A stretch of DNA of 49,942 bases from Perkinsus chesapeaki ATCC PRA-425 (GCA_013115145.1 JAAPAO010000227.1:1-49942); one strand, 5' to 3'. Counted from the first letter of the stretch, positions 36,701 through 48,830 are shown. Notes: a model not told the origin generated them from the sequence alone. Program-made: numbers and translations.

Positions 36701-39259
36701 ACACCCGTACGGAGAAGGAGGTTGAGAGGGAACGTATAGAGAAGATCGCCAAGTCCTACAAGGTGGGGCCTGAAACGTCGGAAGACTGTTGTGTTCCTTG
36801 TCCCCCCCCCTTTTTGCCATTGGGAATTACCATTGGTATAATCAGGTCCCTTGGAGACGCTTACTGGCTCTATCCAAGCCAGAGTTTGGCTTCTATGTGC
36901 CAGCACTTCTGGGTGCTGTCATCTTTGGTTGTGTTATGCCGTTTGAAGGGTTCCTTCTCTCACGCTCGATGAGAGCATTTTACAAGACGGACCCAGATGA
37001 GATGATGGATGGTGTGACTCTGGCTAGTATTGGGTAATCATAGCTCAACCAATAGCCATTACGTCTTCCTGTCAGATATGTCATCCTCGGCGTCGCCTGC
37101 CTGGCGAGTGCATTCGTTCAAATGGGTGGGTTTGCCTATATCGGGGAGCACCTCACCAAGCGCGTCCGAAGTCTCTGTTTCACTAAGTTCCTCGAACAAG
37201 TGAGTTCACATTTTCAAAGGATCCTCCCCATGACTCCGCAGGATATGGCTTTCTTTGATGATCCCAAGCATTCGCCTGGTCGCTTAACAGCAGCGCTTGG
37301 CACATACGCTCTGAAGATGAATGCCATTAGTGGCGTCCAATTGGGTAAAAATTGCATCTTTATACTCAAGTGAAAATGATTTTAGCTTTAATGCTCTTCC
37401 TCTGCAGGTGCATACGTTCAACTTACAGCATCTCTCATTGCCGGACTCACCATTGCTTTCTTTGGGACATGGAAACTAACTCTGGTGATGATCGCAGTTC
37501 TTCCTTTGATGGCTGCAGCAGGTAGCTTTAGCATAGTTTTTTTCATCGCACGTGGCAGATTGGTGTAATTTAGGTGGCATTCAAATGGCGGTATTGCTCG
37601 GCATGGACAAGAACAAGAGTGCTGATTCCCTAGCGGCCAATCAGGTTGCGTCGGATGCGGTTCAAAACATTCGAACTATTCGTGCACTGGTCTCGGAGCA
37701 ATGGACACGCAATCTGTACGGAGGAGGTTTCTACGCTCTACTAACGTTGCTTGTTCAGGTTTCAAGATCTCCTCAAGCGTGCTGTTCCACAACAGGCACG
37801 GACGTCTAGCTGGGCTGCGTTATGGTATGGTATCTCGCAGGGCATTTTGTTCTTCAGTGTTGCTCTGGGATTCTGGTAAGTCCGTATCCACCCGCACAGT
37901 TCCACTACCGGTCTTCGCAAATCTCTGTTGATAAAGGTACGGTTCAAAATTGGTGCAAGATGAAGGTCTGACATTTGATAAAATGATACAATCTCTGATG
38001 GGTGTATTTCTTGCTGGTCTCGCAGCTGGTCAAGCTCTGGCCTTCGTTGGGGATATCAGCGAAGCGAAGGCAGCTGCCCACGATGTTTTCGAGCTGCTTG
38101 ACAGTGAGAGTTCCATTAACCCATCGAGTGAGAGTGGTAGAAGATACAGCGTCTGGGGACCACAAGTGAGCTGTCATCCCTTTTGTAGAGTTCATTACGT
38201 CAACCTCGATTAGGGCACATCTGCGCCTGCGGCGGTCAACATTAAGTTTAAGGATGTGGAGTTCTCGTATCCTCATCGTCCTGGTGCCAAGGTGGGGTTC
38301 AAGAGTCAGGAGTGGCTAGCGGTACAGCTCTTGGTGCATAGATTCTTTGCGGTTTAAGTTTTGAGATCGAGGCCGGCAAGACTGTGGCCTTAGTCGGTCC
38401 GAGCGGCGGAGGGAAGTCCACTGTGTTTGCTCTGCTGCAGAGGTTTTATGACCCAACTAGTGGAGAAGTAACATCTCCTTTCTTGGCTTTCTTGGCGTTA
38501 TGCGCATGCGTTCTTCCTCAGATACTTGTAGAGCCGGCTCAAGCTCGATTGGATGATATGAATGTTGCCTGGTGGAGAGAACAAATAGGTTTCGTTTCCC
38601 AAGAACCTGTACTGTTCGACCTCACCCTCGAGGAGAATGTCAGATATGGGTAACTGTCTGTGATTCTCCTATCATTAACATTCCTACTGCCTTATCAGTG
38701 CTCCTCCTATTGAACGTCCTGAGATGCTTTCTATTTGCGCTCGAGCTGGTATGAATGACTTTGCTGGCAGTAAAGTCGCATGGGATGTTGGTCTTGGTCC
38801 ACGTGGTGGGTTGTTGTCTGGAGGCCAAAAACAAAGAGTGGCCATTGCTCGAGCACTTATGCGACATCCAAGGTGAAATCTCATGGTACGCCGAATAAAC
38901 GCACCACATTTTCGAATCAGATTGCTTATGCTTGATGAGGCAACATCCGCTCTAGATTCGACATCAGAAGCCGTTGTCCAAAAAGCTATCGATGAGCTTA
39001 CCACTAAGAGAAGCTCTTCAACTGATGGTAGGTCTCGTTCTGAAATTTCGAGGTACACTATCTGGCGACGGTATTATTGTCAGGTGTGGCTGGAGTGAAG
39101 CCGACAACAATCGTCATAGCTCATCGTCTATCAACAGTCCATAACGCTGATTTAATCTTAGTAATTGCTAAAGGCCGTCTAGTTGAACAAGGAACACACA
39201 CTGAGTTGATGGAGAAGGAAGGAGTTTATTATGATTTACACCAGAAGGGCAGTCTGTGA
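33785..39259 (+). CDS. ABCB1: Full-length ABCB/MDR transporter B
   Basis: Same motif series as transporter A, with both Walker A and both signature motifs intact. The junctions checked are in frame. Confidence 0.95.
35865..36200 (+). repeat. AT-rich homogenised NBD1 tract, copy B
   Basis: Exon 35952-36086 is identical across A, B and C. Intron 36087-36131 is identical to 43573-43617. Confidence 0.9.
38550..38874 (+). repeat. NBD2 tract near-identical to 45943-46267
   Basis: 325 nt at a constant offset of 7393 with one mismatch seen, including an identical intron. The ORF track gives identical 60-aa translations at 38572 and 45965. Confidence 0.9.
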
Positions 39260-39730
39260 TCATTCTCCCTCTTTGTTGCAAATAAACAAAAGTTGTATAA
39301 TCGCTATGAGCTACTCTAAAGCATTTGTGACTACTTTTTTCATTATTGTGTCATATCATGTGTGACGAAAAGCAGCCTGTTGAGTTCACTCATGGCCGGT
39401 GTATAAGGTGAGTTACCTTAGGTAGCTACACTTTCATTAAAAGGAAGAGGCATCACCTCATCTGGAATGCGTGACCAGCAATTCCGTAACATTTCTGACA
39501 AACACAAAGCGCCTTGCCGTTATATGTGAAGCTATCTACTCGGTCACTGCTAACTAGGTAGCAAGGAATCACCCCTGGCGCCGACCCCGATATCTGTTAA
39601 CGATTTTCGATACACTAAGGCCATGAAGTAGATGGCGTGATGATATTATGTGACAAAGATGCTGCTGAACCCTTCCTAATAAAAAAAGGAATTATCACAT
39701 CAGGCACAGCTAGACGAAGTCCTTAAAGTT

Positions 39731-40129
39731 TCAGTGAGCCTTCTCATATATCCGTGGTTTCTTGTCTAAATAAACGACAGTGAGTTGTGTCATCTTCTTA
39801 TTCACCTTGACTTTGTTAAACGTTTTGTTACCAATTTTCTTAGGGTACTTCTTCATTAACGGCTCAAGGTCACCCTCGTCGAAGATGAACTTCATAGTGC
39901 CGTTTTTGTACTGGTAATCGGTGAAGTAGATGTTCTTATTAGTGTCCGCCAATGCGGCATAGCCAAGGGCAACATCTATATCAATCTCAATGATGACAAA
40001 GTCAGTTTCACTTGGACTTTTGAGCGGTAAGAATGTGCCCGATGGTTGCTTTTGACCCAAAGCCATATAGAGCAGCAGCATCATAACCAACATCAGTGAG
40101 CTCGCGCTCAGAGGGGCGTGAGTTGACAT
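39731..40129 (-). CDS. Intronless small secreted orphan (132 aa) with a P-x-G-T-[FY] motif after the signal peptide
   Basis: Hydrophobic LMLVMMLLLYMALG followed by QKQPSGTF, in an uninterrupted ORF. Confidence 0.75.
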   Translation of the reverse strand: MSTHAPLSASSLMLVMMLLLYMALGQKQPSGTFLPLKSPSETDFVIIEIDIDVALGYAALADTNKNIYFTDYQYKNGTMKFIFDEGDLEPLMKKYPKKIGNKTFNKVKVNKKMTQLTVVYLDKKPRIYEKAH

Positions 40130-41240
40130 GTTATAACACAGCGCGAGACCAACCTTATTTTCAAATTAGCCAGTGACACGCGCATTTTCACAGTGGGGCT
40201 GCAACCTGATACGTCACTAGACAGGGCATCACATCAGAGGCACATACAGGAACATCAGAAGCAATGTTCTCAGAAGGAATGCATTCCATGTATCATATCG
40301 ATATAGTAATATATTTACTGAGAAAGTTACCATTAAATCTACACATGAGGAACACTTTGTGTGCCTCGAGGAACCCAATCGTATGGCGCTCGATGAGCCT
40401 CTCCATCATATGGCGCTATTGTACTCCCAGTCTACTACGCTGAATATCATGATCCATTGGCCGCTGACTGCCACAGTCGCGAATTCCAGCTCCTGAGTGA
40501 AGTAGAATACTCTCAAAAACTGCTTTTTTAGAAGGGCGGGCTCTTCCTCTGCTGTCGTGTAGAAGCAGGGAACACGATTAATGCATGTGCGTGGAGGGGA
40601 CCTGCTCCACTCCCATAAGGACCGGGCAGCGGGCTGGCAATAACAATTGGCCAATTTAATGCAGGATTCAACGGCAGGGGTGAACCCTAGTGGTGTCCAA
40701 CAGTCCTGTGATTGCTCCAGCACATCCTTGGCACTCCAGGAAATGTTAAGTTATGTCGTTCGCAATTCTGAAGGAAGCCTACGATGGATCTTCAACTATC
40801 ATAACTTCCCTACCATGCCCTTTACAAGATCGACTGCAGCGCCTTGTTGTTAAGCTTTATAACAAGACACTCTCTCCCTGATTTCAACATGCCTTGGAGC
40901 GACGAGACGAAGAAAGCCAGACCGCGCTAGCCATGAGGCTGAGCGTCACGCCGAGACGCCTCCGGACCCCAGAGATGTCTCACCATGCCGTCTCTGAGTT
41001 TACCCACACGCTGGCTCTGCATTTGCCGTATCTCCGGTTTTGATCGCATAATACAGCACACTTAAGGCTTGTTATATTACCCTTGTCATTCTCTTTAAAT
41101 TTTTCACCTATCAAGTAGTATTCCGATGATTGGTAACCTGTGCTCCAATAGACGTATCCGGTAGAGCAGTTGGGCAAGAATCTGAGCTTGAAGCGCGCTT
41201 AACTCACCCTTCTCCAAAATGTTCAGTTAATTTTTGTTAT

Positions 41241-44200
41241 ATGTTAGCATCATCAGCTTCGGCGGTAGAATCCTCCGTCGGAGATTATCTAGATGTAGCG
41301 GATGACCGGCCGCTTGCTCCCGGTTTACAAGAAAAGCCTTCTGCAAGGCGGTTAGTTCCCTTTCACCAGTTATTCCGTTTCGCAACAAAGTCCCAACTTC
41401 TAAAAATAAGTACCGCCTCTACATAAAGTAGCACTCTTCTATCATCGTCAATCCTTCAGTTGCTGCCTTAGCATCGGCTGTGATACACGGCCTGGCGATG
41501 CCACTGTTTGCGTTTGTGTTCGGTGACCTTGTGGGTAGGAACTGAACTGGAATGACATTGTACTCTCTTCGTGGTCAGATGTTCTAGGAGCAGGGGATGC
41601 CGACTTTGTTGATGAAGTGTCTAAGCGTTGCCTCCATATGGTATAACTGTTGTCCAGTTAAGCCTGTATTCCGACAGTCAGGTTTACATAGGACTTGGTG
41701 CTCTTGTGTTTGCATTTGTATGGCATTCGATATTGACATCAACCTCGCACAGCCAAGCAACCACTATGCGAGTTAGATACTTTGAAGCTGGTAAGATATG
41801 CGATGCACTACCGAGAGATCACCTTGCGCTGCTCAGTGTTGTCTCGGGATGTCGCTTGGTTTGATAAGGTGTCGCCTGCAGAGCTACCAACGCGAATCAC
41901 CGAAGATGTTGCCAAGGTAACTTCGACGGTGCCCCGCCTTGGTACGAGGTAACCAAGTAGCTAAGAGCGGTTTCCCAGGTACAGAATGCCATCGGCTTCA
42001 AGCTTGGCGTTTGTCTAGTGAACTCATCTATGTTCATCTTTGGTTATGCCATGGCCTTCGTGAGGGGTTGGGAAGTGGGTGGTATATCTCTGCACGTCGA
42101 CACTGATTGAGGCTCCTTCAGGTGTCCCTCATCGCGACAGCTTCAATGCCCATCGTCATCGGAGCATCCGCAGTCCTCGGGTATGCCATGGCTCAGTCGG
42201 CAAACGAGTCTCAGTCTTGGTACGCTCGAGCTGGTGCTGTTGCTGAAGAGGTATGTTTCCATGTTATTGACCTCGGTCTTCGAAGCTCCTCCGATGGGGC
42301 AGGTATTGAGCTCGATTCGCACGGTTACAATGATGGGCACACAGCGACGTGAAATTGAGAGATATGCAAGTAAATTAGAAGAAGCAAGGAAAGGTAGCCT
42401 TTGGTTCAACTGTCTGCAATATTCTCTCGTCTAGGCGGTACCAAACTAGGCCTTCAGTCGGGCTTGGGACTTGGCCTTACCTACGGCGCAGTGTACGGTG
42501 CTTATGCTATAACATTCTGGTAAATTATCTTAGTAAAGTTATTGTGACACTTTTATAAGGTACGGAGGCACACTTGTACGTGATGCGGTAATTAATGACT
42601 TCACGGGCAAGCCATATACTGGAGGAGACGTCCTGTCTGTTTTCTTCTCCCTTATCATGGGTATCGATCAAAGGCCCAACTACGGTATTCTGTCTGCCTC
42701 TTGTCAGGTACCTTTGGGCTTGGCCAAGCTCTCCCGCCTTTACAAGCATTCCAAATTGGCCGGGCGGCGGCTACTGATATTCACGAGGCTATAGATGAGG
42801 CGTCCGATACCATAGAGCAGCCCATACCTGCTGAGAGCCCCGACGGTGGGTCTACAGCGGGTGAACCTGATTCATACCCCCTTGCCAGGTCACCCCGTCA
42901 TTGACTATGGAGTCCCCAAGATGGAGAGCATACAACTGGAAAACGTCTTCTTCGCCTACCCCTCTCGCCCTGAAATTCAAGTCCTTAAAGGCGTATCGCT
43001 CGAGATAAAGATTGGCATGAAAGTTGCCTTTGTTGGAGAGAGTGGCTCAGGAAAGAGTATGTATGAGTATGCAGTGCTCTCTGTGATGGCTTATCCTTCC
43101 ATGTACAATCGTTGGGCTTCTCGAACGGTTCTATGATCCAGCGATGGGTAGAGTATTACTGAATGGAGAAGACATTCGCGAGATTGATGGAAGTCCTCAG
43201 TCTATAAGATCTATCTTTGGGTGATTTAGCGAGTTGTTTTAGCATAGGTGGCTGATGTCCTTTTCAGCTATGTTGGTCAAGAACCGATTCTATTTGCCGC
43301 GAGTATTAAGGAGAATCTCACGTATGGTCTGCCGTACACTCCCACTGACGAAGAGATAAAGTCAGCATGCAAGAGAGCTAATGTAGGGTTTTGTGATATC
43401 CTTAAATATAATATTGTTATTGTTGTTGTTTTATAAGGTACATTCATTTATATCATCCTTACCAGATGGTTATAATACATATTGTGGAAGTTCTAGTGGT
43501 GGTGGTAGTCAAATATCTGGTGGACAAAAACAACGTGTAGCAATAGCAAGAGCATTATTAAGAAATCCACAAGTAATTATTATAATATACTATTATTAAT
43601 AATTATTATTATTAAAGATATTATTACTGGATGAGGCAACATCTGCTTTGGATAATGAAAGTGAACTTATGGTACAGGAGACTATTGATGAGTAACCACC
43701 TTCTCTTTTTCCACTGCTAGCGCTAAATGCTTCTTAGTAATTTCTCCTCAGACTTCAGAAGACGACAGGCCTCACTACCATATCCATAGCTCATCGCCTA
43801 TCGACAATCCGCAACTCAGATGTTATTTTCGTTCTACAAGCTGGCTCTCTCGTTGAGCAAGGCACACATGAGGAACTGTTGAGTAAGCTATTCTATCACA
43901 TCATCGTGGTTGACCACTGATTCTTGCAGGGAATCCGGGAGGGCGATACTCCAATCTCATTGCGGCCCAGCAAGTGAACGTTGGTGAGCGAAGGAAGAGC
44001 GACCCGCGACCTAGTCTGCAAAGGCAAGAGTAAGGAATTCACTATAGGACTTAGCTCCCTTCATTCTGAGTTCTATTTAGATCTGACCCTGCTGATCCAA
44101 AAGCTGTAGAATGTAGGTTGCCCACATTTCTTTGTCACCATGAGGCGAATCCTTCAGTGATCAAGCCTCAAGTCACTATGAAAGCGGAAAAGACCGAGAG

Positions 44201-46647
44201 GGAGATAGAGCGCGCAAGGATCGAGAAAATTGCTAAGAACTATCGAGTAGCGATGTCAAGCGAGATTGTGCTACAAAGTGGCAATCATTCAGGTTCCATG
44301 GGGAAGAATACTCCGTTTGTCCAAGCCCGAATGGTCATACTATATACCAGCACTGTTTGGAGCTATCATCTCCGGATGCATTATGCCATTCAACGCTTTT
44401 GTACTGTCACGTGCCCTCAAGGCATTTTACAACAAGGACGTAGACGACATGATGAATGGTGTGTCCTTGGCATCGATCGGGTTGGTTACTCAACGTTTAT
44501 ACCTCTCCTAGATGTCCCGTAGTTTCGTTATCTTGGCGACGGCTGCTTTGGTCGGCGGCATCCTTCAGACTGGCGCCTTCTCTTTCATCGGAGAGCACCT
44601 CACGAAGCGTATCAGGCGGCTTTGCTTCACCAAATTCTTGGAGCAAGTAACTACGGTCGTTCGTACCTGCATCTCAACGCGTTCATCAGGACATGGCTTT
44701 CTTTGACGACCCCAACCACTCCTCTGGTAGACTCACTGCCGCCCTCAGCACTTATGCCTTGAAGATGAACTCTATAAGCGGCGTGCAACTCGGTACCGAC
44801 ATCGCTCCTGGATGTTATTTAATCGTCTCTCCACAGGCGCATATTGCCAGTTTGTAGCATCGCTGGTATCGGGTCTGATTATTTCATTTCTCGGTTCCTG
44901 GAAATTATCTTTGGTAATGGTTGCAGTTTTGCCGTTAATGGCAGGCGCAGGTAGTCCTTCAGTCTTCTTTGATACTTGCCTCATACTTTGCTGATAGGTG
45001 CGATACAGATGGCAGCTGGTCTTGGAATGGACAAGAATAAGACGTCCGACTCCCTCGCAGCGAATCAGATAGCATCTGACGCTGTACAGAACATCCGCAC
45101 TATTCGTGCGCTGGTCTCCGAACAATGGACGAGAAACACGTAGCAGGAGCATTTATAGCCTACTCCGAACGCCGACTGTATAATAGGTTTGCTGATTTAC
45201 AAAGACATGCAAGCCCTCGTCAAATTCGAGCATCTTTATGGGCAGGGTTCTGGTACGGCGTTTCACAAGGAGTCCTCATGTTCTTCAGCATTGCACTGGG
45301 GATGTGGTGGGTATTCGATGCGTATCTGCGGCCCTGCCAACTGGTTTCGGGTTGCTCAGGTACGGCGCCACTCTTGTCGAGGATGACGGTTTACAATTCC
45401 ATGAGATGATTCAATCTCTTATGGGTGTTTTCCTGGCAGCCATGGCGGCCGGCCAAGCTCTGGCTTTCCTCGGAGATGTTAAAGAAGCCAAAGCTGCGGC
45501 GCACGATGTTTTTAAGCTGCTCGACAGTGAGAGCACCATCAACCCCTCGAGCAATTTAGGCAGACGGTCTAGCATTTGGGGACCGCAGGTGAGCTACGCT
45601 TTAATGCTCTCATTTCCCATTATTCTGTCAGGGGACTAAATCACCAGAGGCCATCGGCATCACTTTCAAGGACGTTGAGTTCTCTTATCCCCAGCGACCG
45701 GATGCTCAAGTAAACAAACCGCTATTATGGTCACTATCCTGGCTGCAGATCCTTCAAGGGCTCAGCTTCCGCATCGAGCCAGGGCAGACAGTAGCTCTGG
45801 TTGGCCCTAGCGGTGGCGGCAAGTCTACGGTGTTTGCTCTTCTGCAAAGATTTTACGATCCTACTGGAGGAAGTGTAAGCACCGGCGTCGCGAGGATGAT
45901 GAAGCTCTTCCTAGATTCTGGTGGAAGAGTCTGATACTAAACTGGATGATATGAATGTTGCCTGGTGGAGAGAACAAATAGGTTTCGTTTCCCAAGAACC
46001 TGTACTGTTCGACCTCACCCTCGAGGAGAATGTCAGATATGGGTAACTGTCTGTGATTCTCCTATCATTAACATTCCTACTGCCTTATCAGTGCTCCTCC
46101 TATTGAACGTCCTGAGATGCTTTCTATTTGCGCTCGAGCTGGTATGAATGACTTTGCTGGCAGTAAAGTCGCATGGGATGTTGGTCTTGGTCCACGTGGT
46201 GGGTTGTTGTCTGGAGGCCAAAAACAAAGAGTGGCCATTGCTCGAGCACTCATGCGACATCCAAGGTAAACAGAGAGGTCTTCTGCAAGATCTGTTCCTT
46301 TCGCCTCACTCGTATCATGTTCAATTCAGGCTGCTGCTCCTTGATGAAGCCACTTCAGCGTTGGATTCAGCATCTGAGGCAGTTGTGCAGAAAGCTCTCG
46401 ATGATCTGGCGATTAGCAGCCGCTCTCGTAGGACGCTGGTGGCGCCCAAGCCTTGTCTCATTTCGTACTCTCAGGCCAGCAGAGTAAACCAACAACACTC
46501 ATCATAGCTCATCGTCTATCAACAGTCCATGACGCTGATCTAATTTTAGTAATTGCCGGTGGTCGACTAGTTGAACAAGGAACACACACTGAGTTGATTG
46601 AGAAGGAAGGAGTTTATTATGATTTGCACCAGAAGGGCAATTTATAA
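41241..46647 (+). CDS. ABCB1: Full-length ABCB/MDR transporter C, with one non-canonical acceptor (CAT) at 43100-43102
   Basis: All motifs are present and colinear with A and B. The frame is preserved only if intron 43057-43102 (GT..AT) is removed. Confidence 0.9.
43350..43690 (+). repeat. AT-rich homogenised NBD1 tract, copy C
   Basis: Exon 43438-43572 is identical across A, B and C. Confidence 0.9.
45943..46267 (+). repeat. NBD2 tract near-identical to 38550-38874
   Basis: See the partner tract at 38550-38874. Confidence 0.9.
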
Positions 46648-46902
46648 GATCGTGTATGCATGGCTTTAAGTTGAACTTGTTGAATTTAAACATGTCCTTT
46701 GTGTGCGACCGATCGACTTGTGTAAAGTATATCTGCGCATATTTGGATTGTGGATGATTTAGATGTGCCATCACAGGCCCGCAAGGATATATGGGTCTAT
46801 AAGGACTCCGTATGGACCTGAGGAATAATCGGGCAATATCTTCGGCACTGGTATAGGACGACGACGATGTAACATCAAGTTTCCGGCAAGCGATGTGCCT
46901 CC

Positions 46903-47046
46903 CGGCTTAGTAAATACTTACGAACCTCTTGCATGTGGCCCACGGTTAATATGTATCCCCACATGGTCGGGACCCAAGGCAGTCTCAGTGGTGCTAAGGT
47001 GACGCAATTGTCGCCATCAGTGCGTCAGTCACGGTCCACTACTACT
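46903..47046. repeat. Diverged direct repeat, partner at 48831-48991
   Basis: cggcttagtaaatacttacga..tgtggcccacggttaat..tcgggacccaa..gtcgccatcagtgc vs cggcttaataaataccttcgt..tgtggcccacagttaat..tcgggacccaa..gtcgccatcagtgc. Confidence 0.75.
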
Positions 47047-47244
47047 TGCACACCCACTACCAGCTGTGCTGAAGAGCTTACAACACGCATATGCACAAAT
47101 CAGATGGTACCTGTAGATTCTACAGTGTAGAATTGTGTCACGGTGACATGTTACAGCCGCCCTTCTGAATCAGAAGCTCTGATATGAAGTTGAAACGTTC
47201 ACCGTTGATTCATGTTCGAAGTTATCAAGTGTTCATTTCTTAGA

Positions 47245-47679
47245 ATGCAATCCATCATCTTATCAGTCCTAGCTGTCATGATAAGCTGGTCAGTGATGGC
47301 CCAGGAAGACTCTTTCCCAGTAGGCACCTATCCTCACTATTTCGACAAGGATCACCAATACTTTCTGAAGTATACGTTCATCGGGGAAGCTAAAACGCAA
47401 AGTGTCCAGTGGAACTGTACCAATAAGATTAACCCCTTCCGACCTTCGCCTTTTCCCACTATCGCTTTACCTGCTCCCAGGCCTGGCGTAGTGGCGTACA
47501 AGATGGGTATGGACTATTCAACTTACAGTAGCATGGTGTCATACGGTCTAACTTATTGTGGTTCGTTTGGATATACTAAGCGCCATCCTAATGATTTCTG
47601 GTATATCTATTATGATACTCAGAAGGATTGCATGAACATAACCTACCAAGGTGGTCTCCTCCATCTATCTAGATATTAG
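47245..47679 (+). CDS. Intronless small secreted orphan (about 144 aa) with a P-x-G-T-Y motif
   Basis: MQSIILSVLAVMISWSVMA then QEDSFPVGTY, with three Cys. ATG 47245 follows a pyrimidine-rich ..ttcttag. The upstream ATG at 47212 is an alternative start. Confidence 0.78.
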   Translation: MQSIILSVLAVMISWSVMAQEDSFPVGTYPHYFDKDHQYFLKYTFIGEAKTQSVQWNCTNKINPFRPSPFPTIALPAPRPGVVAYKMGMDYSTYSSMVSYGLTYCGSFGYTKRHPNDFWYIYYDTQKDCMNITYQGGLLHLSRY

Positions 47680-48830
47680 GCTTTCCAGCGAGATCACCAA
47701 GTCTAGACTCAAAAAGCCTGCTTTCAATATGTGTATACTTAGTGATGTAGAACAGTGCGAGTCAGGGTAGTACTCCTTTTTTTATTGACGGCGAATGCCG
47801 AGCTAACGCCCATAGTAGCAGTAGCTTTCATTTCAACTGCTATGCAATTGGATTTACGCTTTTATCATATTATCGTCGGTGTAGCGTTACTAGTTCTTTC
47901 AGTAAGTATGGAAGAGCTTTCCGCGAATCTTAGCGTCCAACACGGCAAGCTATAAAGTTCACATATCAATTCTTAACAGAAACGGTTCCGGTGGGAATTC
48001 CAAACCTTCGAGTCGGAACCGCTGGCAAGGGAAGTTGGAACAGGTCTCCAAATGCCATCCTCCGCATTCTATCAGAAACAAGCAACGATGTTAAGTATTG
48101 AGGAAACCGCATCAATGAGTTTTCGCTAATGATACGGAATTCATATCATTAACGATATGAAATTCATATTATGAATTCAACAAAGGGCAGTCTGATTCAG
48201 ATGGGCAATTCAGCTAGCGTCCGGTGCAAGGAGCTATAAATACCTCTACATAGTGCGAACACTTCCAAGCTGAGATATATGGAATTCGAGTGGGTAAGAA
48301 ATTCATTTACGACTCGAGTGGGCAAGTAGTCTAGAATCCAACACTTGGCAAAAGGCCGCTTACCATTTGACTCGCTAACACATTTGATGCGTCGCGCTGC
48401 AAATTTTAGGCCAGTGTCTCTGGGTTTTCACATTATCGAGTGAGCTCCTGACTGTAGTTGATGTGCCTCGTTTATTAGCTTCAAATCGCAGCTGATAAAT
48501 GAGGCATATCAACTGTTGAAGCTTCCAGTGTGCGTCCCCTTTGTTTTAACGTGCTACAGGTTCTATAGGGCCATCCTTTGCTTTAGATTAGGGAGTTGCT
48601 CATGCTTGTCAACTCGAGGCAAGAGCAAATAAAGCATCATGCTCAACGTGTGTTCAACTAAGTTCGTTTTTTCACTTTGGGACCAAACATGAAGCTCCCG
48701 GTAAGCTTAATGTTTAGTATAAAGTAATAGTAATCGGAACTTCTACGGAAAATTCACAGAAACGAACCCTACGAGTCTTCCCCGCGGACAAAGAGTATGA
48801 CCTATATGCGCATTGCGCAATCTGCTCTCA

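Noticed and set aside
48161-48177. Palindrome AATTCATA-T-TATGAATT and a nearby 8-bp inverted repeat at 47982-48021
   Set aside because: Short, partly low-complexity, with no TSD or associated element.
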